Below, one piece after another: positions 53,040 through 64,000 of a DNA stretch of 64,000 bases (its first letter is position 1; each line of letters begins with the position of its first letter). The stretch comes from Lama guanicoe. Taxonomy: Eukaryota. The stretch lies in contig MU056123.1 in the NCBI GenBank assembly GCA_013239625.1, forward strand, positions 1,302,001 through 1,366,000. The letters are read 5' to 3'. A program made the position numbers and the translations under genes. A model generated the notes under the pieces. The model was not told where the DNA came from, made no database searches, and saw only the letters and a program-made list of their open reading frames with translations.

Positions 53040-53170
53040 TTTAACTCGGCGGCAGCGGCCCAGGAGGAAGTGTCCGGAGCGACGGCGCAGTCGGCCAATC
53101 GGCACCGGTCTCGGTGACGTCAGAGAGGGCGGAGCCTGCTGAGGGGCCGGGGGCGGAAGACCCGGGCCTG
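53040..53170 (-). promoter_or_regulatory. PRKD2: PRKD2 core promoter: ETS, CCAAT, full CRE, GC boxes
   Basis: GGAAGT 53066-53071, CCAAT 53095-53099, TGACGTCA 53115-53122, GGGGCGG near 53150, within a CpG island. Confidence 0.7.
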
Positions 53171-55494
53171 CCCAGTGCCTTCGAGTAGAGGGCGGCACCT
53201 CCCTGGCCCGGGTTTGGGGACCTGGGGTAGGAGATGTGGGGCAGGGAGGCTAGACAGGTTTCTCTCCCCAGTACACCCAAGTCGGGAAAGTTGACGTTTC
53301 CCTGAGCTGGAGAGGGACGGGCGAGCCACCCTCTGCCCCACTACAGGTCGCGATGCCGGGGCTGAGGAGGTGCCTGGCCCTTTAAGGAGGGGGGCCGTCT
53401 CCCCGGGCCTGCATCCGGCGCCCACCGCAGGGGAAAGGGTGGGAGATGGTGTCAGGTCCGGCCTGGTCTCTGGGCTGGGCCTCCCCCTCTTTCCAGAGCG
53501 TAGTCCTGGCTTCGCACCCGCCTTCCCCAAGCCCCAGCCCATTCCACAGGTGGGAAGACCGAGGGCTCCAGATGGGTAGAGGTCCTAGCCTCAGGTCTGT
53601 CTTAAGCAACCTTGGCCAAAGTGCCAGGAGCAAACTGGAGGGGCCAGGGCTGGGTTACCTGTACTGGGAGAGCCAGGCACAGGGCAGTTGGAGAATGGCT
53701 GTAGTGTCCATCAGCTCCCCACTCCACCCCAGTCCTTAGGATGGTGAAGCGCCAAAGAAATAAAGGCCTGGGGGTGAAGGGAAGGGCCATAGCAATCAGG
53801 CAGGATCACATACCCACACCACTTCATAGACGGAGAGCACGTTTTTCTCCTGGGGAAGTGGGCACGTGTTTCTGTGTGTGACTTTAGGTTGGTGGCTTCC
53901 CTCTCTGAGCATGTTTCTCTAGCTATCAGATGGGACGATAATAGGACTGACCCCAGAAGGCCTTTGTGGGGATTAATGAGATTGTGGAAGGGTGCCTGGG
54001 ACACAGCAGAAGTTCAGTAATGGCTGTTCAGTTGTAACTATAATGTGCTGAGATAAAGGGGTGGGCACCTCAAGCACTCAGGTGTTTATGGGTAGGTATG
54101 GTCATTCAGTCATTCAGCAGGTATTGACTGAGGGCCTATTATGTGCCAGACCTATCATAAAATATCTCTTCCAGCCCATTCAGGAGCAATTCAAACTTGA
54201 TTTCTCCTCCCCAGCTGATAAGAGAGTGGCTACCATTTAGTTTACATACAGGAAGCTGAACCCTCAGAGAGGCAAAGTGACTTGTCCAAGATCACCAAGG
54301 GAGTTGCTGCCACCCACCCTGCTTTGAGAGGCCAAAGCCTGGTTGAGCCCCAAAGGCATCCCAATAGCGATATGTCATGGCCACCTGGGCTCCAGACAAG
54401 CAGGACTTGTTGGAGATGAGGACCTCAAGATGAACCCCCCCTTCCTGGTGAAGTGCTGTTGGGGGCAGCTGAGGTCGGTACAGTAGCGATTCCGTCACCA
54501 CATCCGGGGGCTGACGGGCTGGGGAAGGAAGTCTGAGGCTGGAGCGAAAACCTAAACCACCACCTGGGGAAGCTGCGCAGAGCCCAGAGGGATGAGGGGG
54601 GAGCGAGGCAGGGTGGTGCCTGTAGCTGGGCTCCTGTTGGCCTCACCTGATGGCCATCAGCCCACCCACACCCTTTGTCCAGACGAGTGGACAACCGTCC
54701 AGCCCTCGACAACCCAGGAGGTGGGCAATGCTGTCACAGCTGTTTTACAGAGGATGCTGAGGCCCAGGGAGGGACACCTGAAGCAAATTCACAAGGGGCT
54801 GGGAACAAAGTCTGATGACCTGCTGGGCTTTGAGCAAGCTCCTTGAGCCCCCGCCTCCCATCCTCCATAACACATGCGTAATGCTCCACTCCCCACTTCT
54901 GAGGTGGTGAGGACCTAGTGAGGCGGCATGTGAAGAACTCAGCACAGGGGTCTGGCTCTTGCTAAGCGCACAGCTGACCACTGCGATTCAGTCACCTTGG
55001 AGCAGGAAGGGGATGGAGTCCTCAGGGTGCCTGCAGTGAGGGGTCGGGTATTTGCATCCCCTCTTCCGGCAGCTCCCAGGATCTCCCTGCCAGCTCCATG
55101 CGGGCACAGATGTGGGGAGGGGAGGAGGGGGGTGGCAAGGACTCTAGGTTGGAACTCTGGCCTCACCACCAATCATCACAAGTGGCAGAGCGGGGGATCA
55201 ACGAGTCTTGAGCTGAACTGTCACATCACATCATCTGCTAGTCAGGGCTCTGCTGCTGTAGCCCCTGGGGAGGGAGCGCTTAGGGACAGAAAGGAGGGGC
55301 ACAGGGAGATTCGGTCCTGTGCCCTCACTTCCGTCCCTCCACCCACACTCCACCGGAGCTCTGGGCCCCTCTGGTCCCTGCACCCTACCACAAACCCCAA
55401 CCCATCACATCCCCTCTCTCCAAGCTCCACCCACCCTGGCAGAGCCAGCTACTCCTCCCTGAAAGTCCCCAGTCCCCTCGACAGCACCGCCACC

Positions 55495-56425
55495 CATCTT
55501 ACTCCAAAGGGTTTATTAAGACAAGTTTCACATACAAGTCCAGGGCAGAGGGGATGGGGCTTATAAACAGGAACCTGGAAGGGGGCCAGAGGGCACAGGG
55601 TGGAACCAAAAAAGAGTGAAATAAATAGAGGAAGAGAGTGGAGGGCCTGGAGGGGAGACTGACAGACTATCACACAGTGATAACAACATGGGTAGGGGTG
55701 GGGCTCCGTTAAAATCCCATTTATTTATACAGATATACAGGGAGTTATGGGGGACTGGGGGGACCCCACTCCACCCTCCATGCCCCAGGGAGGGCAAGAG
55801 AAGTCCATCTCTCCCCATGGGTGACCCCATGGGGGTCTGGGGGGCTGCCCTTGGAGGAGTGTTGGGGGAGGTAGGGGTGGGCTTCTCCCCCAAGGGCATC
55901 AGCTGCTCCTCAGGCAGTTACTGGCCCTGGAGATGTTGGGTAGTGTCTGGAAAGCTGCATTGAGGGAACTGGAGGGGAGGGTGGTTCACTGTGCACACTT
56001 CTGGGGTGGGCGAGGCCCAGCACTCCCACTGAGGATGACCCGGCTCCCACTGGCTCCAGGGCCCCTCCCAGCACGGCTCCCACCCAGGTCCCTGGAGGTG
56101 GAGAGGAGGGGTCAGGGGTTCAAAGAGAGAACCTGGCACCTTCTGGCGTCTTGGAAAAGCTGATCCCCAAGGACACTCAGCCCTGGTTGTGCGGCCCCCG
56201 AGAAGGTAGCTCAGAGACCTGGAGTGAGTGTCAGGGTGAAGAGAAAATTCCCAGAGGCCATCCTGGAGGACGATTCCTGAAGGAGGCCGCTCCCCGGCTG
56301 GGTGCTCGGGGAAGGGCAGGCCATGGGGAGGGCCTCCTGCGGAAAGGGCCATTAGCACCACCAGGCTCCAAGGCAGGCAGGAAGAGGCCGGGCCTCCAGG
56401 CCTCCAGACTGAGGCTGGGAGTCAC
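55495..56425 (-). other. STRN4: STRN4 terminal non-coding (3'UTR) exon
   Basis: Acceptor cccatag|G at 56426/56425 after a pyrimidine tract; ends at the poly(A) signal. Confidence 0.6.
55512..55517 (-). terminator. STRN4: STRN4 polyadenylation signal AATAAA
   Basis: tttatt on plus strand at the end of the last non-coding exon. Confidence 0.65.
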
Positions 56426-56771
56426 CTATGGGAGACAGAAGGGAGGGGAGACTGGATCACGACCTCCAGGGTACAAAAGGTCAGGCAGCTCTGGGCCCCT
56501 CCAGGCCTCAGCCCCTCCTCTGAATGCCCAGGGGCTACCCTGGCAATTCTCAAAGGGCATCCCCACTAGGATTTCAGGACATGGAGTCCTCTGGAAATGC
56601 AGGCGAAGGGGTGTATTTGAGGGCCCCATCAGGGGTGAGAATGCAGGGGGTTTCCTCCTTCCGAGGCCAAGCCTCCCTCCTGTCTGGCCACTCACCTCAG
56701 TCCCACCTGCCTGGCCCCACTTCCCAGCCAGTGTGGCGNNNNNNNNNNNNNNNNNNNNNNNNNNNNNNNNN

Positions 56772-56941
56772 NNNNNNNNNNNNNNNNNNNNNNNNNNNNN
56801 NNNNNNNNNNNNNNNNNNNNNNNNNNNNNNNNNNNNNNNNNNNNNNNNNNNNNNNNNNNNNNNNNNNNNNNNNNNNNNNNNNNNNNNNNNNNNNNNNNNN
56901 NNNNNNNNNNNNNNNNNNNNNNNNNNNNNNNNNNNNNNNNN
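56772..56941 (-). CDS. STRN4: STRN4 last coding exon (inferred; hidden in N run 56739-56942)
   Basis: Pyrimidine tract ccccttctgctccca abuts the gap; donor gtgag at 56695; the final WD repeats (SHDCSLRLW...AKVFV*) are absent elsewhere; coding length assumed from human. Confidence 0.5.
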
Positions 56942-58283
56942 NTGGGAGCAGAAGGGGCTGTCACCCAGCAGCACCGGGTCCCCTGGCTCCTTACTCAGAC
57001 CTGTGCCCCTAACCCAGCCTCATCCAAAGGACTCAGAGGCAGATGGGGCTCGATCTTCTGCCAGGTCACCTCCAGACGCCCCACAGGAAGGACAGCCCTT
57101 CTGTCCAGGCTATCATGCAGCCACCTAGTATTTACTAAGCTCCTGCTGTGTGCTGGGCGCGGGGGCAGTGAACAAAACAGGCGAATCTCCCTGCCCCTGT
57201 GGTGCTGACACTCCAGTGTGGGAGACAGAGTAAACAAGACAGACTCAACAAGTGCTGTGAGCACAAGTCGGTCAGTGAGAGGACAGTGTGGCCATGGGGG
57301 TATGGCAGGGGAAGAGCCTTCCAGGCAGCGGGGACAGCCAGGGGAAAGTCCTGAGGATGGGCAGCCTGATGGGGGCGGGAGGAAGGAGGTGAGAGTGGGG
57401 AGCAGACTGGGCGGGGCCCAGGGCCACGAGCCACTGTGGGGAGATGGCCTGACACGCATTACCAGGATCCAGCGGGCTGCGAGGGAGGCTGGTTCTATTT
57501 GTCCCTTTCTGGGGGGACCTGGGCCCTGTCCTGAGTCTTCTCTGCTTGGGCTTGACCTCACCACCATCTGCTCGCTGGGCTGTCCTCCTCGGAGGCAGCC
57601 GCTACTGTCCTGGGGGCCCACACCCTCTACCACCACTGCCGTGCCTCTGTGTGCTAGTGAGCTGGCTGGCTGACACCCCAAGCAGGGTATGACGCTGGGC
57701 AGAAGTGAGAGAAAGCTCTACCCAATGGCAGGCTCAGCTGGTCAGGCCTCTGTGACTGCCAGTGCACGCTCTTCACCCCCAGGGGAGCTGCAGCCCCTTC
57801 TCCACCTGCCCAAGTCCCACCGCATCCCTCTGAGGAGTAGTCACTGGGGCTCAGTGCCTCTATCCACAGAGAGCAGGTGGCGCCAAAAGCTAAAATCCCT
57901 TGTGGTGATTGAGTTAGATATTCAATATCACTTTGCTGACCAAGTGAAATGACTTCTCTAGCCTCAGTTTCCACATCTATACAATGAGGATGACAGCACC
58001 AACCTCATAGGATTATTCAAATTAAATGAGATACTGTAGGCAAGGGCCTCGGGGCACTCCGAGTGGCCAGTGCTTTGCTGTCCCCACTATGATGACCAGT
58101 TATTCCAGCCATGGAGAGGCTCCCAGCCCTGCTGTGACAACACCCCCACCAGCTCCCCAACTCAGGAGGCCCCCAGGACACTCCCTCAGGACCAGGGCCC
58201 AAGTCTCTTCTTCCTCTCCCCAGCAGGAGAGGAAGGCACATGCCCTTGCTTGCTCCTTAGGAGCCAGGAAGCTCCCGACTTAC

Positions 58284-58370
58284 TTCCTGACATCAGGAAC
58301 ACGCCATTGGGGTCCACAGCTAGGCAGGTGACTGCATCCAGGTGGGCAACCATGGAGTGCACAGATTTCC
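58284..58370 (-). CDS. STRN4: STRN4 WD40 exon
   Basis: GKSVHSMVAHLDAVTCLAVDPNGVFLMSG. Confidence 0.93.
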
Positions 58371-58558
58371 CTGCAGGGAGAGAGGGTGGGCAGCAGGTTA
58401 CTTCCCAACTCTGCACCTTGCCTGGGAAGGTGAAGGGAGGACTCGGGGGGACACCGAGAGCCTCCAATGTGGACACCAGGAGTTGTGCTTCTGAGCCTGG
58501 TCTACCCCTGCCCCTCACAAACACAAGTGAGTGGGGGGCCAGGAACGCTGGGCCTCAC

Positions 58559-58657
58559 CTGTCCGGTTGTCCAGGAAGCGGATGCCTCTGTCATCATGGG
58601 CGGTGATGGTGAGGGGCTGGTTCGGGTGACTCACCACCTGGTTGATCTGGGTTGGGC
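58559..58657 (-). CDS. STRN4: STRN4 WD40 exon
   Basis: GPTQINQVVSHPNQPLTITAHDDRGIRFLDNRT. Confidence 0.93.
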
Positions 58658-59105
58658 CTGGGAGGAAAAAGAGGGAGGGGAAGAGGTCAAGGGTGAGGAG
58701 GTCAGGGAGACCAGGACAAAGACAAGAGGAGAACCACGGTCCCACATCTGTCCTCTGCCTAGATGTCGCACAGGGCTGGGCACCCCAGCCGCTGCCTTCC
58801 CTAGGCCCCACACTTCATCTGTGCAGTAGACACCGGGTGCTGCCTTGGGTGGAACAGAGGGATAGCAAACATGAAGACAGCCTATCCGCTCCCCCAAGCA
58901 GTCCCTCAGAGTGTCTCCCTGCAGCCCTTGCGAGTGCCTCATGCTATTCGTAAGGGCAGTGACCGAGACCCTAACTCCTTTCTGCTCAGAGTCCCCAAAG
59001 GGGAGCCACCTTCCGCTGACGGGGCATCAGGTCACCAAAGCCACAGGAGGAACTGGGACCCTGGAGACATTCAGACCTGAGCCCCTGGCCCCAAGGACCC
59101 CTTAC

Positions 59106-59246
59106 CACTGTTCCCCCGGGAGTCCAGCGTGAGGAGGGCACTGCCAGCTTCCACGTCATACAGGACAGTGTCGCCAGAGCGGAAGGATGCCACGATGTGG
59201 GCAGGCTCGGTGCTGGTAAAGGCCACTGAGGTTGGGATCCCGTGAT
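59106..59246 (-). CDS. STRN4: STRN4 WD40 exon
   Basis: HGIPTSVAFTSTEPAHIVASFRSGDTVLYDVEAGSALLTLDSRGNS. Confidence 0.92.
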
Positions 59247-59398
59247 CTGAAGGCAGAGAGGAGGGAAGGCTACCTGACAGCCCCGGTCCTACCCTGGGGG
59301 TGGGGGACAGCAGCTGTCCCTCCCCTGGGGCCTCCAGCTCTGGATGGCCCCTGTGCGAGGTGTCAGGGTCCCCACTACCTCCTCGTCCCTCTACTCAC

Positions 59399-59569
59399 CA
59401 CTGGCTGTGGAGAAGGTACAGAGGCAGGTTGGGCTGCCGCTGCTGGGGTCCCAGATGCGGACTGTGCCATCGGCAGAGCAGGAGGCCAGGCGCTGGGAGG
59501 TGGGACTGAAGGCCAGGCCCCACACAGCATCCCCGTGGCCCTCCAGGACGTGGCTCAACACGCTCGGGT
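59399..59569 (-). CDS. STRN4: STRN4 WD40 exon
   Basis: [41 protein letters not shown]. Confidence 0.93.
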
Positions 59570-60740
59570 CTGGATCCGCCGGAGGGAGGAAAGGGCTGCG
59601 TCAGAGCTGCTGGCCCCAGCCTGGACAGCCCGGGGCCACCAGCTCTGCACTCAAGTCACCTCTTCACCCAGCTTCGCACCAAATCCTCACGCCCCAGAGG
59701 CGCTCCCGCTCCGACCACAGGCTGGGCCGCAAGGGTGTCAGGGCTCTGAAGGCGCCCAGAGTGGAAGCTACAGAAGGCAGGGCCCTGTTCCCTGCCATCC
59801 CCCCGGCCTGAGACAGTGCCTGGCACAAAGCTGCTGTTCCATAGAACTTTTAGGACTTACTTAAGGGGACAAGAAACAAAGGTAGCTCTGTGGCCCTGAG
59901 ACCCTTTGCAGCCTGGCCCTTGCAGGTGGCCCCACCCTTGGTCCCCACTTTTCTGCTCAAGTGCACAGCCTTGCCCAGTCTCTCCAAAGCCCTTGGTCAT
60001 TCCCCTCCCGGTCACTCAAGTCCACACAGAGTACTCTGGTCTGGCCCTGCTGACACCCGAGGTGTGACAGCTTGCTCGGCCCAGAGCAGATACTGCCTGG
60101 CACTGACCCATGACTTCTGACAGGGTGTGACTATTCCTCAGAAAACAGTATACAGTCCCTGAAGGGAGATGCAGACCTCTAAACTCTGCCATGACAGGCT
60201 GCAGCACAGAGCCACGTGTGTGACCAGAGGGGTCATCAAAAGAAGTGTCAGAGGTCGGGGTTGGGGCAGACACTGAACAGAAGCAGCAAGTCTGGTCACT
60301 TCTCCACCTAACCTTCAAGTATGAAGCACAAACTCCCTACAATGTGGCCCAGATAACTGCTCCCGTCCCCTCTGTTCCACCTCCCCCTAACCCACCCCTC
60401 TGCTCAGCCATGTAGAGACACAGGCGGAGCAGAGCGCCAAGCACCACCGGGCTCACCACGCCTCTGCCTGGGCTGGTCCATGGCCCCAAAGCCCAACCCC
60501 AATCAGCCCCTCTGGGAAACCCTCCCCCTCCGCCACCTCCTGCCTCATTTTGTCCGACCTCAGTCATGCGCTGAATCACGCTGTCCCACACATCACCAGG
60601 CTGGGGGCCCTCGGCATCCCCGCCCCAGCACCCGCAGTGTCAGGCCTGGGCAAATGCCAGAGGTGTTGGCAGAACCACTGGTGGGATGGTGGGATGGATG
60701 GTGGGGGAAAAGGAAGGCCAGGGGAGGGAGCTGTCCTCAC

Positions 60741-60862
60741 CGTAACCATCGTAGGGGTCCATGTTGAGGTCTGGAATCTTCCAGCTGTGGATGCGGGCAT
60801 CTGCCCCACCACTGTAACAGTACTCACTGTTGCTGCCCACGGCTACTGCCAACACGGGGCCC
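60741..60862 (-). CDS. STRN4: STRN4 WD40 exon
   Basis: GPVLAVAVGSNSEYCYSGGADARIHSWKIPDLNMDPYDGY. Confidence 0.93.
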
Positions 60863-61200
60863 CTGGAGGACATCGAGGTGGGTGAAGAGGGCAGATAAAT
60901 GGCTCCGGGCTCGCCCCTCCCCCAGCCCCTCCAAGGGACCTTGAAGTGCTCCACTGGCATTTTTCAAGGATGGCCAAAACGAATTCAGCCTGAGGACCTC
61001 TGGTTGTGCCCCTGGGGCAAATGGCCTGTTCCTGTCCTCCTCCGAGGGCTGTGCTGAGAACCAGCTCCAGGAGCACGGCAGGGGAGTGTACAGAGGGGCA
61101 CGGGGATTCGGAGCCCTCCTGCTGCCTGGCCTCCTGCCTCGGCCCCCTGGGATGGCCGTGAGAGGGCCAGGGGTCAGTCCACCTTGGGGCACTTGCCTAC

Positions 61201-61248
61201 CTGTGAGCCCGGAAGGCATGGATAGGTTCCACGTCCAACGCGGCATTC
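61201..61248 (-). CDS. STRN4: STRN4 48-nt exon
   Basis: NAALDVEPIHAFRAHR; cag|G and AG|gtagg. Confidence 0.9.
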
Positions 61249-61352
61249 CTGTGGGGAGGCAGAGGAGCCAATGTCACCGGGAGCCCCTTGTCACCCTGAC
61301 CCCCTGCGCCCAGAAGCCCCCAGCCCCCCTACACTGGGGCTGTGGCTCTCAC

Positions 61353-61528
61353 TTCTTGGCCGTGACCGCCTTCTGCAGGTTCCAGAGCTTGAGCGTGCCG
61401 TCCTCAGAAGCGGTGAGCAACGCCGACTGGCTGTGGTGGAAAGCCAGGGAGCGGATGCCGTCGTAGTGTGAGCGGAGGGTGAATTTGGGGTTCCAGGTCT
61501 TCTTAAAGGCATCTTTGCTGTCAGACAG
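61353..61528 (-). CDS. STRN4: STRN4 first WD40 exon
   Basis: LSDSKDAFKKTWNPKFTLRSHYDGIRSLAFHHSQSALLTASEDGTLKLWNLQKAVTAK. Confidence 0.94.
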
Positions 61529-63359
61529 CTGGGGTAGGGGAGCTGCCTCAGTGTCCGCTCTCCACAGACAACAATACCCAGGGCCGTGGGCTCTCGCCCC
61601 ACACCCAGCTCCACACGGAGCCCCTTACAGACTGGCCCCCAGCCCAGGCCCTCTCCCACTTCCTCCTCGCCTGAAGCATCCTCGCCCCCCCTCAGCAAGT
61701 TCCTGCAGTGTATAGGGACTGTGCTAGCTTCTGGGGATCTCACAACTCAGAGGAAGCCTGGGGGAGATGATCAGATCATCCTGATAGTGCAGAGGATTAC
61801 AAACTATAAACTAGGAGCAGCGCCATGAATTACAAATGTGCTGAGAGGAGGCACCAGGTGCCCACCCTCCTCTGCAGGGGTTAGAAACACTTTCCTGAGT
61901 AAGTGACAAGCCAGTAGGACTTAACCAGATAAGGGGAGGGGATTGAGGACAAATACTGCATGTGCAAAGTCCCTGAGGCCAAGGCAGCAAGAGTGGATCC
62001 CGAGCCTGAGGAGGCCTGGGATTCAGGAAGCAAGGGAGAGAATGGCAGGAGGTGAGGCCTGGAAAGTCAGCGAGAGCCACATGGTGGCCCACACTAAGAA
62101 TGTGCATCCTTCCTCAACAACAGGGGAGACAGGGAAGGGTTTAGAGCAGGGAAATGACACTGCTTGTTCTGGCCACCCCATGAGGGGGCCGGACCAGGAG
62201 AGACAGAAGTGGCTGCAGACAGAGAGGTGGGAAGAGGTCCCGAGGGAAGTCTCTTGGGGACAGGTCAGACACTGAGACCAGACGCTGGGGAGTGGAGAGG
62301 GGGACAAGCGCGCACAGTAGGGAGAAGCTGGCGAGTAGAATCAACCCCAGAGATGCCACACAGATTATGGTGGGTGTTGTTCCCCAGGTGGGGGACTCGG
62401 GGAGGGCCACTCAGGAGAGGAGAGGAGCAGATGGCCAGGCAAGCCTCAGGGCCCTGCCCCAAGACAGGGAGCACTCCTGAGGAACCCCTTCATCTGGGCT
62501 GTCCACCAAGGTCCTCACTTCTGCCACAGCTGTTTAGGGCCAGAGGATCTACCCTCACACCCACACACTGCTCCCCAGGTGTCATGTCTCTGGGAGAGCA
62601 GAGGGGACTACAGCATACTTCCTGCTCAAACCCTCCACCCAGCCTCACTTCCCAGCACCCCGCAGCAGCGCCCCAACCCTGCTAGGAACACCAACCACCT
62701 GCAATCCCGCTAGAAGCTGTGGTAAGTGCTCCACCAGAGGAAAATGCTCATATATGCCTCTTTCAGATTCCCAGATAGCCAGAGGCCTGGCCACGGGTTC
62801 TAGGCTCAGGACACTGGCCTGAAGGTCTCCCTCCATTCCAGCCCAACTGCCCCACCAGCCTCCATGCATATCAGATTGGCCCAACTTTTTGTTTCATTTT
62901 GTGGCTTGAGGTCGCCTTCCCTTCAACAGTTAGCTCAATGCCCACCTCCTACACAGACTTTCTTACTGGCCCAGCTGCTGACCCAGCGCCCCCTCCTCTG
63001 ATACTGTATTTTGACTCAGCGCCCCCTTCATCCCTGCCTCCTACCCATGTCGGGTCCTGAGCTCAAGGTGCAAGTAAGCCCCAGGTGGGAGGGAGCATCG
63101 CCTAGAGAAGGAGCCTGGCAGCGTGATTAAAACACAGGCTCCGGAGTCTTCTAGCCCAGGCACCTCAGTGACCCAGGCCAAGTCCCACCATCTGTCTATG
63201 TCGCACCCCTCTGTGACACAGGCTGAGCTGTCAGATGTTCTCACGTCGTCCTCATGTGTGAGGGGCTGAGCACGGGCCAGGCACACAGCCAGAGCCGAGC
63301 CAGTCCTGGCACTGTGCAGGGTGCCCAGTGGGGGCCTATGGGGGATGGGGCACCCCAAG

Positions 63360-63515
63360 NNNNNNNNNNNNNNNNNNNNNNNNNNNNNNNNNNNNNNNNN
63401 NNNNNNNNNNNNNNNNNNNNNNNNNNNNNNNNNNNNNNNNNNNNNNNNNNNNNNNNNNNNNNNNNNNNNNNNNNNNNNNNNNNNNNNNNNNNNNNNNNNN
63501 NNNNNNNNNNNNNNN
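63360..63515 (-). CDS. STRN4: STRN4 exon inferred inside N run
   Basis: Flanking exons are phase 1 (63818) and phase 0 (61528), so an intervening exon is required; a long pyrimidine tract abuts the gap. Confidence 0.5.
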
Positions 63516-63817
63516 GGCAGGGAGAGAGAGAGAAAGACAGAGAGAGGCAGAGAGAGAGATAAGGAGTGAGAAAGAGACAGGCAGAGGACAAGATCAAGAA
63601 TCACAGCTGGAAAGAAAGAGACAGAGAGAGACAGACAGACAGACAGGGCAGGACAGACAAAAAGAGAGGGAGACAGACAGACGAACTTTTGGGACAGGGA
63701 GGCTGCAGACTAGAGGCTGGGCCTCGACCTGAGGACACAGAAGCCCTGGGCTTAGCTCTGCAGCCTCCCTCTGCCATGGGCCCCTCAGGACTGGACCAGG
63801 ATGGAGGGGCCTCTTAC

Positions 63818-63931
63818 CTTCGTGTGGCCGGGGCTGTGGTGTGCCAGGAGGCGGGCCAGTCACTTTGGGTGGCAGCCCATCCACATCCCGAAGGTCGGCC
63901 AAAATTCCCTGGAGTTTGACCCGCCGGCTTT
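63818..63931 (-). CDS. STRN4: STRN4 (striatin-4/zinedin) internal exon; gene continues beyond the window
   Basis: ESRRVKLQGILADLRDVDGLPPKVTGPPPGTPQPRPHE; cag|AA and G|gtaag. Confidence 0.92.
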
Positions 63932-64000
63932 CTGCAGGGACAAAGAACAGGGCAACAGTCATCAGTTCAACTCAGCCACGTGCAGGATGCCTTCCCCACC

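Noticed and set aside
56151-57128. 325-aa plus-strand ORF
   Set aside because: Extended through an N run and antisense to the STRN4 3'UTR; no recognisable protein

Overview
Mammalian genomic DNA, very likely camelid (about 12 copies of a tRNA-derived SINE matching the camelid Vic-1 family), syntenic with the human GNG8-DACT3-PRKD2-STRN4 block. Three spliced genes lie on the minus strand. DACT3 is complete (4 exons, CDS 9247-17248, 631 aa, partly N-masked). PRKD2 is complete (18 exons, CDS 23554-52290, 878 aa, with an abnormal exon-3 donor). The 3' half of STRN4 runs from 55500 to the window end, with two coding exons hidden in N runs. The first 3 kb is probably the 5' non-coding/promoter region of GNG8. 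Intergenic and intronic DNA holds an ORF-intact RPL30 retrocopy nested in L1/L1/L2, a decayed ERV1-like provirus, ERVL/MaLR LTRs, MER DNA transposons, a 5S rRNA pseudogene and MIR/L2 fragments. I see no new protein-coding system. The best leads are regulatory or structural: a tandem EICE/ISRE in PRKD2 intron 1, a five-CCAAT cluster in the last PRKD2 intron, CArG/MEF2/MCAT sites in DACT3, an NMD-range 3'UTR intron in STRN4, and a captured foreign fragment inside an L1 tail. Comparisons to human proteins and repeat consensus sequences are from recall, not from a search.
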